DNA of 64,000 nt, from contig NMRA01000460.1 in the NCBI GenBank assembly GCA_002633005.1, positions 115,653 through 179,652 on the forward strand. Direction: 5' to 3'. Below, in pieces: positions 1 through 12,800 of the stretch (position 1 is its first letter; each line of letters opens with the position of its first letter). The translations under genes were made by a program, and so were the position numbers. A model generated the notes under the pieces. That model was not told the DNA's origin. It saw only the letters and a program-made list of their open reading frames with translations, and searched no databases. The stretch is from Phoronis australis (lineage: Eukaryota > Animalia > Phoronida).

Positions 1-957
1 CCCACCCCATTCACCAGTAACCCCCCCCCCAACACACACAGTGAGGTTTTTTTACAATCAAAAAATGCGTTGAACAAGGCTTTTACACCTAAGTTTACAA
101 AAACAGCTCCCTTGTATTGGGCTTTTTTAAGTACTAAAATACTGTTGATCAAGACTTATATGTTTAAATTTACGAAAACAGCCAAATAGCTTACCAAACG
201 GGTATTACAGATATAACAGATATTGGTTGAAAGATTAGTGCACTGTTTTTGGTCATCTCAAGTCAAATTCTGTTATAAAGTTTATTATATCAACTTCACT
301 AGCTTTATATTCTGTACAATGAGTCATCAAAGCTGCAGTTACCAACAAAAGAAAAATGCACAGATGATGTGTGGTTTATATTTTGACAACAGGTGTCACT
401 GCTGCTAAATTTTAGACGCACATAGAAAAGCATGAAACAGGCGAAAACTCAAACATTTTAAATGGGGATATTTTTGCGGCACAACATATTATTAAAATAA
501 TGACATTTATTTTGCTTTTGGTATTTTTAAAAAAAGATGAAGTACATGAAATTACAGCTCTGAAACACCAGTTTAGAGTTGAGCAAGGTCTATGTCCCTA
601 TATAAAGTACAGAATGGCAGTGGCATGTGAGTTTATTGAAAGCAGACACTCTGGCAACCAACCACGTGCTAATGATTGACAGGTCTACCAAATAGTTTGA
701 AAATAGTTTGAATATTGCAACATTTTAAATACTTTGTATATTTCTTTCCCAGTTGAAAGGGCCAACTTCCCTTTGGTTAACTGGGAGTCTTATAGTAGTC
801 TTTCAATGTGGGTGTCCAAACTGGAGAAATTCTGATTGACAGGGCGTCCAAATGATACATTGGGCGTCCTTGCCAGGGCGGCTACATTAGTGCTAGGGCG
901 TCCAAATGGTCGCCCAGGACGTACGCTGCATGAAGGCCTGTACTGCAGGCCTCATTT

Positions 958-1455
958 CAAGGCTTGGAATTTTCCGCGGAAACGCGGATTTTCGCTTTTT
1001 TCTAATGTTCTGTCCACGTATTTTATTATGATATTTCCGCGTAAAAAAATTTGGATTGGATATAAAATTTCTGCTGCAAATGTCTTTCTTACGGCGGCGT
1101 TGCCGCCGACTTTCACCTCGAAAAGCGGAAGTTGCTCTTTATGTTTCGGAGGAACGTAAATTGTCAATATTGCCAGGGCATCTGGGATAGCGTGGTGGAT
1201 TTTTCAATGGCGTCTCGTGTGATTGTAAACCGTGGTGACAAATACTACGACTGCAGCCAAAAATGTGTGGTGGTGGGAGTGGACAGACGAGCTAAAAAGA
1301 GGCAGACCGCAGACACACGCTTCTGGAGATGGTACCAATTTAGTCCAATTTTCGTCGGCAAAAGGTCCACATTGACTATTTGAAGGCTGGGAAGCGCACA
1401 TGTTTTGGGCCGTAAAAATTTCCGCTTTTTTTGTCATTGGTCATTCCAAGCCCTG
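958..1455. mobile_element. hAT-like MITE
   Basis: TIR CAAGGCTTGGAAT / ATTCCAAGCCCTG with TCATTT on both flanks. A similar right end (TTTGTCATT.GTCATTC.AAGCCCTG) occurs at about 58815-58840. Confidence 0.65.
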
Positions 1456-1821
1456 TCATTTACGCTTCAGTCCATCAGTCATGCCAGCATAGACTACAAA
1501 GTATCTATGATGCCAATTTGTTATTGTAAAGCGCTACCTGTTGAGAATTCGACTAGCCAATCAGAAACGCTGGTGTAATAAAATTTCCCGAGGAAAATTA
1601 AGTGATACCTGCGTGCTGGCTACTAACCACCTAGCGACACAGGGTCAGGGAACCAGCGAGTGGCAAAAGGTACTCACTCATTCAAGGCTTTACCGCAAAC
1701 AGGTGGCGCTTTGCACCAGTCACATGGTTTGTCGCATTATCGCTAAAAGGGAGGTATGTCCCGTCACAACGAACTTGTTCTCAAGGAACCCATAATACTC
1801 CAGTCAAAGCTGTTTGGGGCG

Positions 1822-3093
1822 CAGTGTTCTCCATGACCACTTTTAAGGTGTCGCAGCATCCTGTTTAGCCGAACGGGTGTCCTGTTTCAATGTCCCGCGT
1901 CCTGTTTGGCCAAACACGCATCCTGTTTAGAAATCCCGAGACCTGTTTAAAAAGATGGGGACCACTTTGTAAAAAACTAAAAAGATGTCATTGTTAACAA
2001 GGTCTTCACGGGTTCAAATTATGCTGGCTAGTCAATTATCAAGGTAAGGTAGCTGACACCATAAAATTATGTTAGAAAAAGAATTTCTTCAGATTTTTTT
2101 TGGCAATAATTTACACTATATTATTACAAAAATTAAGTCATATATTGTTAACTGCCTCGTATCATTAGGAACTATGGTTGATGTTGGCAAATTCACCCTC
2201 ATTTTTGATTCTGAGGGCAAAAGTGCCAAGCTAGCCAAAGTTTTAACATGGCACAGCATGCGCATTCTCCAAACTCGACGCGGCAAAATTTAAACTCGTT
2301 GCCGCGTCGAGTCAAAACCGGTCGTGGTGAACACTGTTCCGTGTGCCTCACGACACTGGTCTGACGTTACTGACACCAGTCTCAACAAACATTTGCATGG
2401 AAATGCTTTTGATGGTTCTCATTGGTTGTTGTTTGTGCATTTCTCCCTGAGATGAATATTATTGGTTACTTTTGGTGCCACTGGCCCATTGAAATTGACT
2501 GAGTTCATCCCATTGCCTTATAAGGAGTTTCGTTGGCAGCATGAACATTATATCTGTGGCCCATACTCCCTCTAAAAATCTGCTTAATTATCTTTAATGG
2601 ATATTATGGTCAATTGTCCGCCCGAACACAAAAAAGTGACTACAAAAGCGATTAGGCCTAAGGATCAGTGACTTTAGTGCCGGACTGCACCTCCAGTGAG
2701 CAGGTAGTGGAATAGGGTTATAGGTGGCACTGGGCCTTTGTTTAAATTCAATTGACTTTGGCAGTAGCTGGTCGAGATGAATTGAAAAGATGACTGAGAG
2801 ATTATTTATAAGCCGAGTTACACCAGAAATAGACTAGCGGCCCTGTCTTCGCTTGAGTGAGACCGGTAATCAGGCATTCGACTAGTGACCACTTAGCTGT
2901 GGCCAGTTGTTGTCCAAGCGTAATTTAAACCACTGAAGGCCTTATTAACGATGACGACACCTTTTTTACAAACAGGTCCCTATTTTTTAACCGGTCGCGG
3001 GATTTTTAAACAGGGCCCGGGACATTTAAACAAGATGCTTGTTCAGCTAAACAGGACGCTGCGACTCGTTAAAAGCGGCCATGGAGAAGACTG
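1822..3093. mobile_element. Non-autonomous DNA transposon with imperfect TIRs of about 200 bp (hAT-like CAGT ends)
   Basis: CAGTGTTCTCCATGACC...TCCTGTTT repeats at 1822-2030 mirror 2920-3093 (...GGCCATGGAGAAGACTG). No clear TSD. Confidence 0.75.
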
Positions 3094-3700
3094 TACCGTG
3101 ACTCTGGATACAATTCAGTCAACATAACTTGAACATATCCATGAAAATCTGTTGCGGTTCACTTTTCTCACTGGGTGCCATTTTGAGGAAGTTACATGAA
3201 ATCACGCCTGTTTATGAACAAATATGTCCCAAGTTACACAAATATCACAAATTCCACTTGATATCATCTCATGCTGTTTTGCAAGTGTCACATGCCAGGT
3301 CACGCGCTTTGCTCTGTCTTGCACTAGTCTTTCCCCAACTCATGTGACTCAGTGGAAATTCTTTAATGGTTATTGTGTGCGTGGTGAAAAAGTTAATGAT
3401 AACCAAAAACCTGGAGTTGGAATTCTTCGCTATAGTCCCCTTAATTCACGTACCTATGCTTCGTCGAAGATATAGAAGCAGAAAGGATCACTGAAGAAAG
3501 TAAACACTTTTTAAGTGATAGTTTTAAGTGTGGAATGTATTTTTGTGTAGCTGAAAACTCTTAATCGGTGAGTGGATTTCACCTACTGTCCGTTTAAAAT
3601 ACACAGGACGAAATTAATACAGAAAGTGATGGGAAGTATTGTAGCCCCTAACCATCTAACCGACTAATCAACTAAGGGGATATGTGTTGCCTATTGTTGT

Positions 3701-4067
3701 TGTTGCAGCCCAAACTGATGCCTGCACCAAACTGATTTGGCGCACTTCAATTTGGCACATGTTGGTGAGCCAAATTGATGCCTGCGCCAAACTTAAGCTA
3801 CTGTAAGTTCCCAAGTTACTGCCAGTGGTTTATGAATTTTTTAATGCTTGTTATATACCAGAACCAAAGTTGACAACATGTAGTGCTCACGTATGCTTGT
3901 CTTATGGATTAATCCCATGCAGAAAGAGGAACTATTATGCAACACCCCACACTCATTGGCGTCAATTTCAGTTCTGGTAACTGTTAAAAAATCCTATAAA
4001 CCACTGGCAGTAATTTGGCTACTTATGGTAGCTTCAATTTGGCACAGGCATCAGTTGGGCTGTAACA
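3701..4067. mobile_element. Foldback MITE with TGT...ACA ends and an apparent 4-bp TSD (Ginger-like)
   Basis: TGTTGCAGCCCAAACTGATGCCTG / CAGGCATCAGTTGGGCTGTAACA; arms share TTACTGCCAGTGGTTTAT; TTGT on both flanks. Confidence 0.7.
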
Positions 4068-5138
4068 TTGTCACCAAAGAGTGTTGCGACACGTGGCTTT
4101 CAATGTGACGTACAGCCATATCAAACCTCTCTAAATCGCTTGCCTAGCGGCAGTTGCCTGTTGGCTGAACAGTTTAGATGCTCACCTCTCACGCCTCCAA
4201 CCTGGTTCAAGTGTTGATGTTGCCAAAATTTTCTACATTGGCGCCCAAGAATGGTTGCGCCCACAACCAGACTGGATGTCAGCACTCCTCTCGGGACTGT
4301 CTGTGGGTACACTGATATTTCTGCTGCTCAGCCACTTGACAATGTCAGTCGTAACAATTTACAGCCAGGAGGGTGTGAAAGTGACCTGGGCTGGGTTCGG
4401 GCCAACAGAGGCGATGGTCATTGCCTAGGTTGCATAAAGCTTCAAAAGTTATCCAATGGATAAGTTTGATTGTTGCATGACGTCAGGTGCATTGTTCAAC
4501 AATAACAACGTGAGGCGTGATAATGCGACGTCATTGTTGCTATACGGCGTATAACTTTTATGCAACTGGGCCCTGGTGTTGAGCTCCTTCTGGGTAAAAG
4601 TCGAGTTTACGGGTCCTTCTTGAAAATGCTGCGGAAAAGCAGTTCTCACTGAATAACCACAATCCCTCCTTTAGTCAGTAAACCGACCCTTAAACAATGG
4701 GTTGGAAGTTTAGAATTTAGTGTCATACCTATCACACTCGAATTGCACATCCAGATATTAACCTACACATGTTGAAATTGTGGTCGTGTGAGAACATTTT
4801 TCTGCAGAAATTACCCATAATGCCTTGACTCCGCCAGAGGCAAATCCAACACACGAGAGCTTATGCCTCAATCTATTCAGAGCTCCTATCAGACACTATA
4901 TGTTAATTATGGGACTTCCACTACCTTTGTACTCACCGTGAATGAAATCTGAGGGAAGTCGCATGAGGTTTTATTTCGCCAGTGCATGATGTGCTTGTTG
5001 ATGGCAAGGTGACCTGTAATTGGCTGCTGTCTGGCTTTTAATTGGGATTATTCATTGAAATTTGGTCTCAATCTGCGGTATTTTTATGTGATTATGTGCA
5101 AGACACCTATTGTAATTTTATGTTATTTTAAATTGCAG

Positions 5139-8100
5139 AGTTCATGCCTTCCCAGAGAAGATGCCGGCCATAGACTTTGCACACTATGAAAAGCACATCG
5201 CCAAATCAGGTTTTGTCGCTAGCTTCCAGAAAGCAGTAAGTAAAACCCCTGTGGGCATACCTCTGAAACAATTAACCATGTCTTGTTATCAGACGGTCAT
5301 ACCTAACTGAATACGGCTGCATTTATAATTTTAGATCGCTTTATAGCAAGTAAATAGTACAGTTTGTCTGTTCGTAAAATATATCTAAGTTGTTATGGAG
5401 CTTCGTTCTAGCTCTTGGTGCTTTCAGTTTTGTATCAGTGCCTAGACTTGGTGTAATTTTGGCAGAAACTCTGGCACTGCTAGTCTTTGTATTGGCTTGG
5501 TGTGTTGGGTATTTTAAACTGAATCGTTTCAACTGATCATTGTTGCCCTGTGTTTAGTCAGTGTGTGTGTGTGTGATGAGTATCTTATGATGATATTGTG
5601 TTCTTGTAGTATAGTGCCCTTGATATTCCCTACCCCACGGACAAGAATAACATGAAGGGAGCTGTGGAGAAGGAGCAAGCTGCCGCAGTGAGTGTTTTGA
5701 CACGTCGTCATTCTCTCTTGCCCAGTAGATACTTTTACAGAACTTTATCTCGCTCTCTTTATTTTTGGGTCAAAAGTGTTGTAATTGACTGACATTATTA
5801 TTCATCCAGGTCAAGTACTTGATGCGCAAATTTTAAACAAAACACTTCCTAAAAACTCACCTTAGTATTTCTCCTGATGTTGGTATCTTCCAATGCATAC
5901 TGTTGAGATTCCTCATTCTTGAACCAAAACAAATGTAAAAATTGCTATTTTCCATTTTCAAAAGTTACAAATTTTACCACGTGTCCAATGACTGCTCTAC
6001 AGCAAAAATGATGCTAAACTCTTCTTAACAGTTGTTTTTGTTAAAAAATCTGACAGAATGTTGATTCCACTTTTCTATCAGATTGTCTTCATGTGAAGAC
6101 TGCAAATACTTGATATTTAATTTCATTGTTCACCAGCTGCTGTGTGAGCTGCCAAGACATTTGTTTCTGGGAAGAAAAAATACGAGAGTCTGGCTAACCG
6201 TCAGAATCCTAATTTTGTGAAGCCACTTGTTTAATCATTGTGTTTTAAATCAAGAACATGTAAAAGTTGACTTGTACCACCTGGTGAATTCTTGGGAAAG
6301 TTACATAATCCTTGTTAAGCACAAGGTCAGCAAATGTTACGGCTGAAAAAAGTGATACCGTCATTCAGATTTGATTTAGATGTCAAAAAACTAAAACAAC
6401 CTCTCCATAAACAAAGAATCAAAATTTATTGGCATTCCATTGTAACGGCAAAGCCAGCGTTGCTTTTTTTCAGGGATTTTAATTTCGTTTTAAGAAATAT
6501 ATGGTAATGGTCAGACACAATGTGTTCGCATTTTCAGATCCAGTTTTCTTCGCCGAATAACAGGAATCAAACTGGTTCTCAAAATACAGGCACGTTATAT
6601 CTGAGTAATGCCAAATATAGTATAGAAATGTAAAGAAATCCTTGGAATTTCCACTACTATTTTGTTTTAATTATATGGGAGATTCATGTAAACGTATAAA
6701 ATGTATTATCTCCCAAAATCTAGATTTGATTTGAAATTTTCTCTGTAAATATTGAGTTACAAAAGTTGTAAACTTTCTACTTGGAACAGTCTTTAATGTA
6801 TGTCATTTCTCATGAATTAGGCTTGACATGTTCAAAACTTACTAACTCCATTCAGAACAAATTCATCAGATTATATCTTTTGATTTGTGTATTCCACACT
6901 GGCCTATTTATACAACATAGCTAACAAAGACAATTTTAAGGTCTTGTAGCACCTGCCAGGTTTCTTACAATTTTCACCTGAAGTATACAAGAAGTCCTGT
7001 AAGGGTATTATTTAAAGCAAATGGGATGCAAATTTTCTTGAATCATTCAGTTAATACAAAGTAACCTCAAACAGTGTGAATGGGTAAAGAGTTGGCTGAT
7101 TTTTGTGCCAAAATTTTGCCAATTCTTTGTGAGGAATCTTACCTTTGTGTTGAAATTACTGCATTCAGTTCATTTTATTCGGTTGCAGAAAATTAAAAGT
7201 ACAGAATACATTGCCTCTTTGAACAAGCAGATTGCCGAGATGAAAGCACTGGTAAGTTTGGAACCCACTTCTTGAGTTTTATTGCCATATTTAAATCATG
7301 TGACTAACAGCCTGGAGTGTGAGGCTTGCTTCAGATATAATTTAAAGTTATGTAGGACTTTACTGACAAGTCTGTGTAGTCAGCAAAACTATAGAATTTG
7401 ACTTGGTAAAAGGATTTATTTTCTGAGACTTGAGAGCAGAAAGCCTGTAGAATTTGATTTTTACCATTCTGTCATTGACTGGTTCACGTGACCATGTCTT
7501 AATGAAATTTAGCAAAAAAGAAGTTTACATTGAAAGCATGACTGTATAAACTAGTAATGTTATCAAATTTTGTTTGTTACAAATATTCACGATGAAAATG
7601 TCATAAACACTTGTATTTATGTGTAATTTTTTGTGAAAAGCAGAAGTTATTTTTTTATAGCCCCTCATGCTGAAATGAACATTTTAAAACGATTCCTTAC
7701 AACTTTTGGAAAAATAGTGCTTAAAATACAGTAGCTAAGATTTATACGAGTCCGAACAGGCATTTCTGAGACATGTTCCATAATTATCCAAATGTGGACT
7801 TTCTTCTGGGGTCTCTCAGTGTGGAAATCAGTGGTGGCTTCATTTTAGCTATCGTTGCACGTTGTTTAAACGAGAACTACAAGTTGACATGGCTATTTGA
7901 CAATTGCAGGCACTGAATGTTCAGAGCTGGTGTTGTCTATGTCTAATGGTTTTGCTATTATGTTAGTTATGAAACTTTGATATTGAATTTTTTCCCCAGA
8001 GGGGACAACTGATGAGCAAAGGTTTGGTGTTAATGAAACCTTGTCTGATATGCAAGTAGTTGCTGCTGGGATCATTTTAACAGTTGGGTAGCAATAAAGA

Positions 8101-8480
8101 TGTGCGTGTTGCTGTCACTCACAGATACAAACCTAATTCTTACGCAAACAAAATTAGATTGCTATGCTTAGCATACCCACTGACTGTTTTCTTGTTTATT
8201 CCTTTTGTAGCAGTTGTGTATGTTTTGTAAAAGAAATTGCCTTCTCACATTTCTGCATTTGCCAAGTGCTGTTTCAATACAAGTAACACTCAGGTGTCTT
8301 TAAAATGTCTGGATGTTACTTTTTCAGCTGGCCACGATCGACAGTGTACCCAAGGCCGAGGCCATGACCCTGGAAATGTACGAGAAATACTTCCCAGGCA
8401 ACAGTCCCGACCCCAACAATCCAACTCACTGGCCGCATATACCATCACAACAAGTAGAGAATTTAGCCTACGGGAAATAA
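5139..8480 (+). CDS. ATP5PD: Mitochondrial ATP synthase subunit d, last four coding exons; first coding exon not found in the window
   Basis: AG/GT-bounded, phase-compatible exons: 5139-5235 (VHAFPEKMPAIDFAHYEKHIAKSGFVASFQKA), 5610-5687 (YSALDIPYPTDKNNMKGAVEKEQAAA), 7189-7251 (KIKSTEYIASLNKQIAEMKAL), 8328-8480 (LATIDSVPKAEAMTLEMYEKYFPGNSPDPNNPTHWPHIPSQQVENLAYGK*). These match subunit d motifs LPE.PPAIDW..Y, IP.P.D, MT.E....FP and WPH. AATAAA at 8678. Confidence 0.93.
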
Positions 8481-9809
8481 GACCCTCGTTGGATTGGAGT
8501 GCTATGCGTATAGTGTTGATAAATTATCTAGAACTTGTTGACATACACTGTTATGAATAACCTAGAATTATGTTTGGTACAAAATTCTATTCAATAGGCT
8601 GATTGGCCAAGGCAGTGATTGGCATCTCTTGTGTGTTATTCACTATTGTATTGAAGTGTGTTAGCTGGATTTCAAAGAATAAAACAAAAGTCATAATCCA
8701 TCATTTGAAAAACAAGAAGTGGAATGCATCCATGAAGCAAGTCAAAATGAAAGAATACATCAATGTTTTATTATGAAAGACCTGTGGATTAACATCAACA
8801 GAAATTAGTAAGTAATTCACCTCAGCACTACCAAACTATTCAAAATCCCACAAAAGCATCGAACCCTGTTCTACTTTGGTACCCCAACTCTGTTATAGTT
8901 TCGACCCAAATTAATGATATGTTAGCGACAAATTTTTATCCTCGCAAGAGACAAACATGAACCTTTAACCATGACCCAAGATTTAACTCACTCATTTACA
9001 ATGTAATACAGTGATATATATGGCAGATGGCTACAGCTGCCTTAGACTTACAGAGACCCAGACTTGGCGAAAAGAGAAAACAAGAACGGAATTGGACTTC
9101 TAACACGGTACATGCACTTCAGTGATGTATTGAAGACTTGCAAAATTGACCATTCCTGACGAAGTGTGGACTTAAATGCAATTAAATTTGGTAAAGCAAT
9201 CAATTGCAAGACTGTTTCTGATTAGCCACAGACGATACCTTCAAGTATCTCCACATGACATTACTTGTAATCGTGCTATTGTTTTACATCCTGTTTACAT
9301 CCAGTGTTAAGTGACATTGACAAAGCCAGCAATGATTGTTTTTCATGATGGGAAATGCCGAAATGAACTTTGCATTATGTTATACAGCATTTTGAATTAG
9401 TTAAAATGTATTTTTTATTTTTGAAAACAGGATATCGGGGTCTCCTGTTCCAAGACATTTGTCGTGAAATGTCACAAATTGGGGCAAAACATGCATAAAA
9501 TGATGGAAGTTAAAATTCATCAAGAAAACCATATGGTTACAAGTTGCAACAATTATATACAACAAATTTCCGTTTTCACCCAATCAGTTTCTATTAAATT
9601 GTGAAATTCGGGGCTATTTGAATAATAATTACCCTAAACTGGAAAACGATATATAATGGTTGACGACAATTTGATGCAGTAAGTTGAGATGAAATTACAA
9701 TGCAAAAAATGGACAAACTTTTGAGACCATGATATACAATTGTCAAACGCATTAGGCACAGGTGAGAGAATTGAATTAAAAATTGGCAAGAATGGTGCTA
9801 TTGAGGCAG

Positions 9810-12800
9810 CTATGTGGATCTTCTGATCAATTCTTCAATCTGAAAAGAAAACCAAGAGTGACGACAATTGTTTAACTGATCCTGGCTTAACAAATCTAGA
9901 TGTTCACCTCTGAAAGAGAACTGAAGAGGTCCAACTTTACCAATACAATGCACAGTTAAAGTTTCTCTGTCCAACAATAAAATAATGACACAATACAATT
10001 GAGTACCAAGTCTTGTACTTGAAACACCTTCACCACTTCCAAAAACTTATCCATCGTGAAATTGATGCAATGATGGACACAACATTATTTTTAATATCTC
10101 CTGAACTGAAGATGCAATGATTTAAAAGTAGACAACTGTTCCAACCAGTAACGAGTAAGTGGTAACTGAAGTGTTACCATGGTTACTGAAAGGTTACCCA
10201 ATTACCATGGGCTGCAGACCACACACAGAGTGAAACTCATAGCACAGGGCAGATCCCTCAATATTTTCCACAAAACTATCACACACTGAAAGCTCTCTTA
10301 CCATACACAACTTTTACTGCAAGAACCACGAGATGCATGGTAGGTGAGCTTGTGTGTGGACACGGCTCGACTACTTTAGTTAGGGTTCTTTGTGAAAGCA
10401 GCGTGTTGTATTTTGTAGAGTTGGGAAGCGTTCAGCTACAGCGAACCGTGGTACAGGCTGGATTACCACCCTAAATAGGGATACTATTGATGATAAAAAG
10501 TAATTGCTTCTTCAGTCACTAGGCTCATCTGAGCTGGTCACTAACTCCGGTTTGTGACACTTGAGCCATAGAGAATCTTTCAACTGTCACTGGCCAGGAT
10601 GCTAGTTCACAGAAAGATACTTCTTAGCCATGGCTGATACTCATTTAGTGTCTTGCTCAAAGACACAACCATGACAGAGTGAACACACGAGCTCTAGATT
10701 GAGAGTCCACCATATCAACCACTGAGCCAAACTGGCATTACCCATGACGATGACAGTGGAATAGTTCAATAACCTTTGACTCACCTGCTGCTTATACATG
10801 TCTTTGACATCCTGCAGATCAAGTCTCAGTTCATCTGTTTCTTCCACTTTTTCACCATACATCTGCAACAAGGCGTCGTATCGCTGCTCCAACTCCTGAA
10901 TGACAAAGACAAAGTAAGTCATTAAAACAGAGTTATTTTTTTGGCAAAGCAGATGAATGAAAAAATACTTGGCCAAAAAGCACACAGACCAGGACCAACA
11001 ATGTTTTTTGGCCTTAAATATTTTAAAAAGGTAAATAAACGGAGTTACTGGAAAAAATCACTTTGTTACAAAAGTAAATCGGTCAGCCCAGCCCGAATGT
11101 TGTCACAGTTATGAGCTGTTGTAGCTAGACGAGCCTCTTCACTAGGACAAACAAATCATGTCCACACATGCACGCCAGGCTCAGGAGAACGATAACTGAC
11201 TGCACGCTCTGGCAACTAATTTTTCTTTTTTTTTTTTTTTTTTTTTAATACGTTTATTTACCCAAAAAGCATATCATTATTGAACAGTAGATACGGCTGG
11301 GGTTGGGTCGCCTCAACTACGTATCTTTACAACTTACTAGAGTATAATACATCATCTTAATTAAACAAATAAGTATCTGGAAATTACTCCTAATGATTGG
11401 GCGAATAATTAGCCGAGAATAATATGAAAGGGGGGGAAACGGGAAGGGGAAGGACTTTCATACACTCATTCACACTCACATTCACACGATTTAATTAACT
11501 TAACTTATGTTTACATTTACGTAGGTGCATATTTATGAAAAGGTAAATTTTCTTAAAATACAACAGAAGTGGTTAAAAAAAAATAATAATAACACCCGTA
11601 TATTGTTTGAATCATTTTAAAGAGATGCCTGCAAAACCCTCCACTGTTCTGAAGTTTTATCCGAGGCATTAAATACAATGAGGTTAACTGCGTCAAAAAG
11701 TATACATCTAAACTTGTTAAAACAAGGTTGAGACCTATCTCTCGATGATGTATAAATATAATGTTGGGCATGAGTGTATATGGTATTGAAGATTTCACTT
11801 AGATTGCCAAAGAAGCAAACTAAGAAGTGGTACATACATGGCTCAGTGTGTAAATTAAAAACTTTACTTATGAAATGATGTAAAGAAATCCAGAAACGTT
11901 TAACACAGACGCAGCTGTAAAACATATGCTGAAAGGTCTGGACTTCGCCACAGTAGGGACATTGGTCTGTTTGTGAAATACCAAATATTTTTAACATTTT
12001 GTTTGTATAAATTCTTTTGTGAATGAAAAAGTATTTAAACATTGACAAATGAGGGTTTATGGGTAGATTAAAAGGGAGATTATATATTTCTTTAATTTCG
12101 GCGTCTGTGTAGTAGTTGAGTAAAAACGCATAATTATCTGGTTTTACAGAAAACTTGTGAATAAATGTGTTTTTGATCCATGGAGTGGAACTATTGAAGA
12201 ATAAAAATCTAATGTTATTACAACTAACAATCCTTCTATCCGACGGACCCAGAACTTTCTTCAAGGTCGTTGTGGTGGAATAAAATGGTATGATAGACGT
12301 ATCCTTTAAGTTATAATTTTTCTTAATGCTTTCCCATTTAAGAAGTTTGTTCTGGCTATCTAAAAAATCTTCACAAAATATGAGGCCTGCATTGTACAGA
12401 TCTTGGTAAAATAATGATTTACCGTTAACAGTTAAGTTACAATTGTTCCATATCACTTGTTTGGCTATTGGTACTTCATTAAATATTTCAGGATTAAGAA
12501 TATCTAAGGTTGAGAGAACATCTTTGTAAAAAGGGTTCTTAATTTCGCATTTTAGGGTTTTCAGTTCAAAATTGGATGAAAAAATGAGGACACCGCCAAT
12601 ACGACTGAAAAGATGCCTCGGGTATATCTTCCAACTTGCCTCATCCTCTGTATTAAAGCGCTTGACCCAATTAAATAATAAGTTTAACTTGATCAGTTCC
12701 ATGTTAGGATATTTCAAACCACCCTCTTGATATGGTAAAATAGTCACAGTTTCTTTAATTTTTGGTGGTTTATTTAACCAAACAAATTCTCTGATAAGTT

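Noticed and set aside
1132-1383. ORF containing MASRVIV as the possible ATP5PD first exon
   Set aside because: It lies inside a MITE and lacks the DW...VP motif and a suitable donor.
6137-6220. Possible extra ATP5PD exon after CACCAG
   Set aside because: No subunit d similarity, an in-frame stop follows, and the flanking exons already join in phase.
8000-8070. CTGATGA...GAAA, hammerhead ribozyme or C/D snoRNA candidate
   Set aside because: Stems I and II do not pair in the required register, and the C-to-D distance of about 40 nt is too short for a snoRNA.
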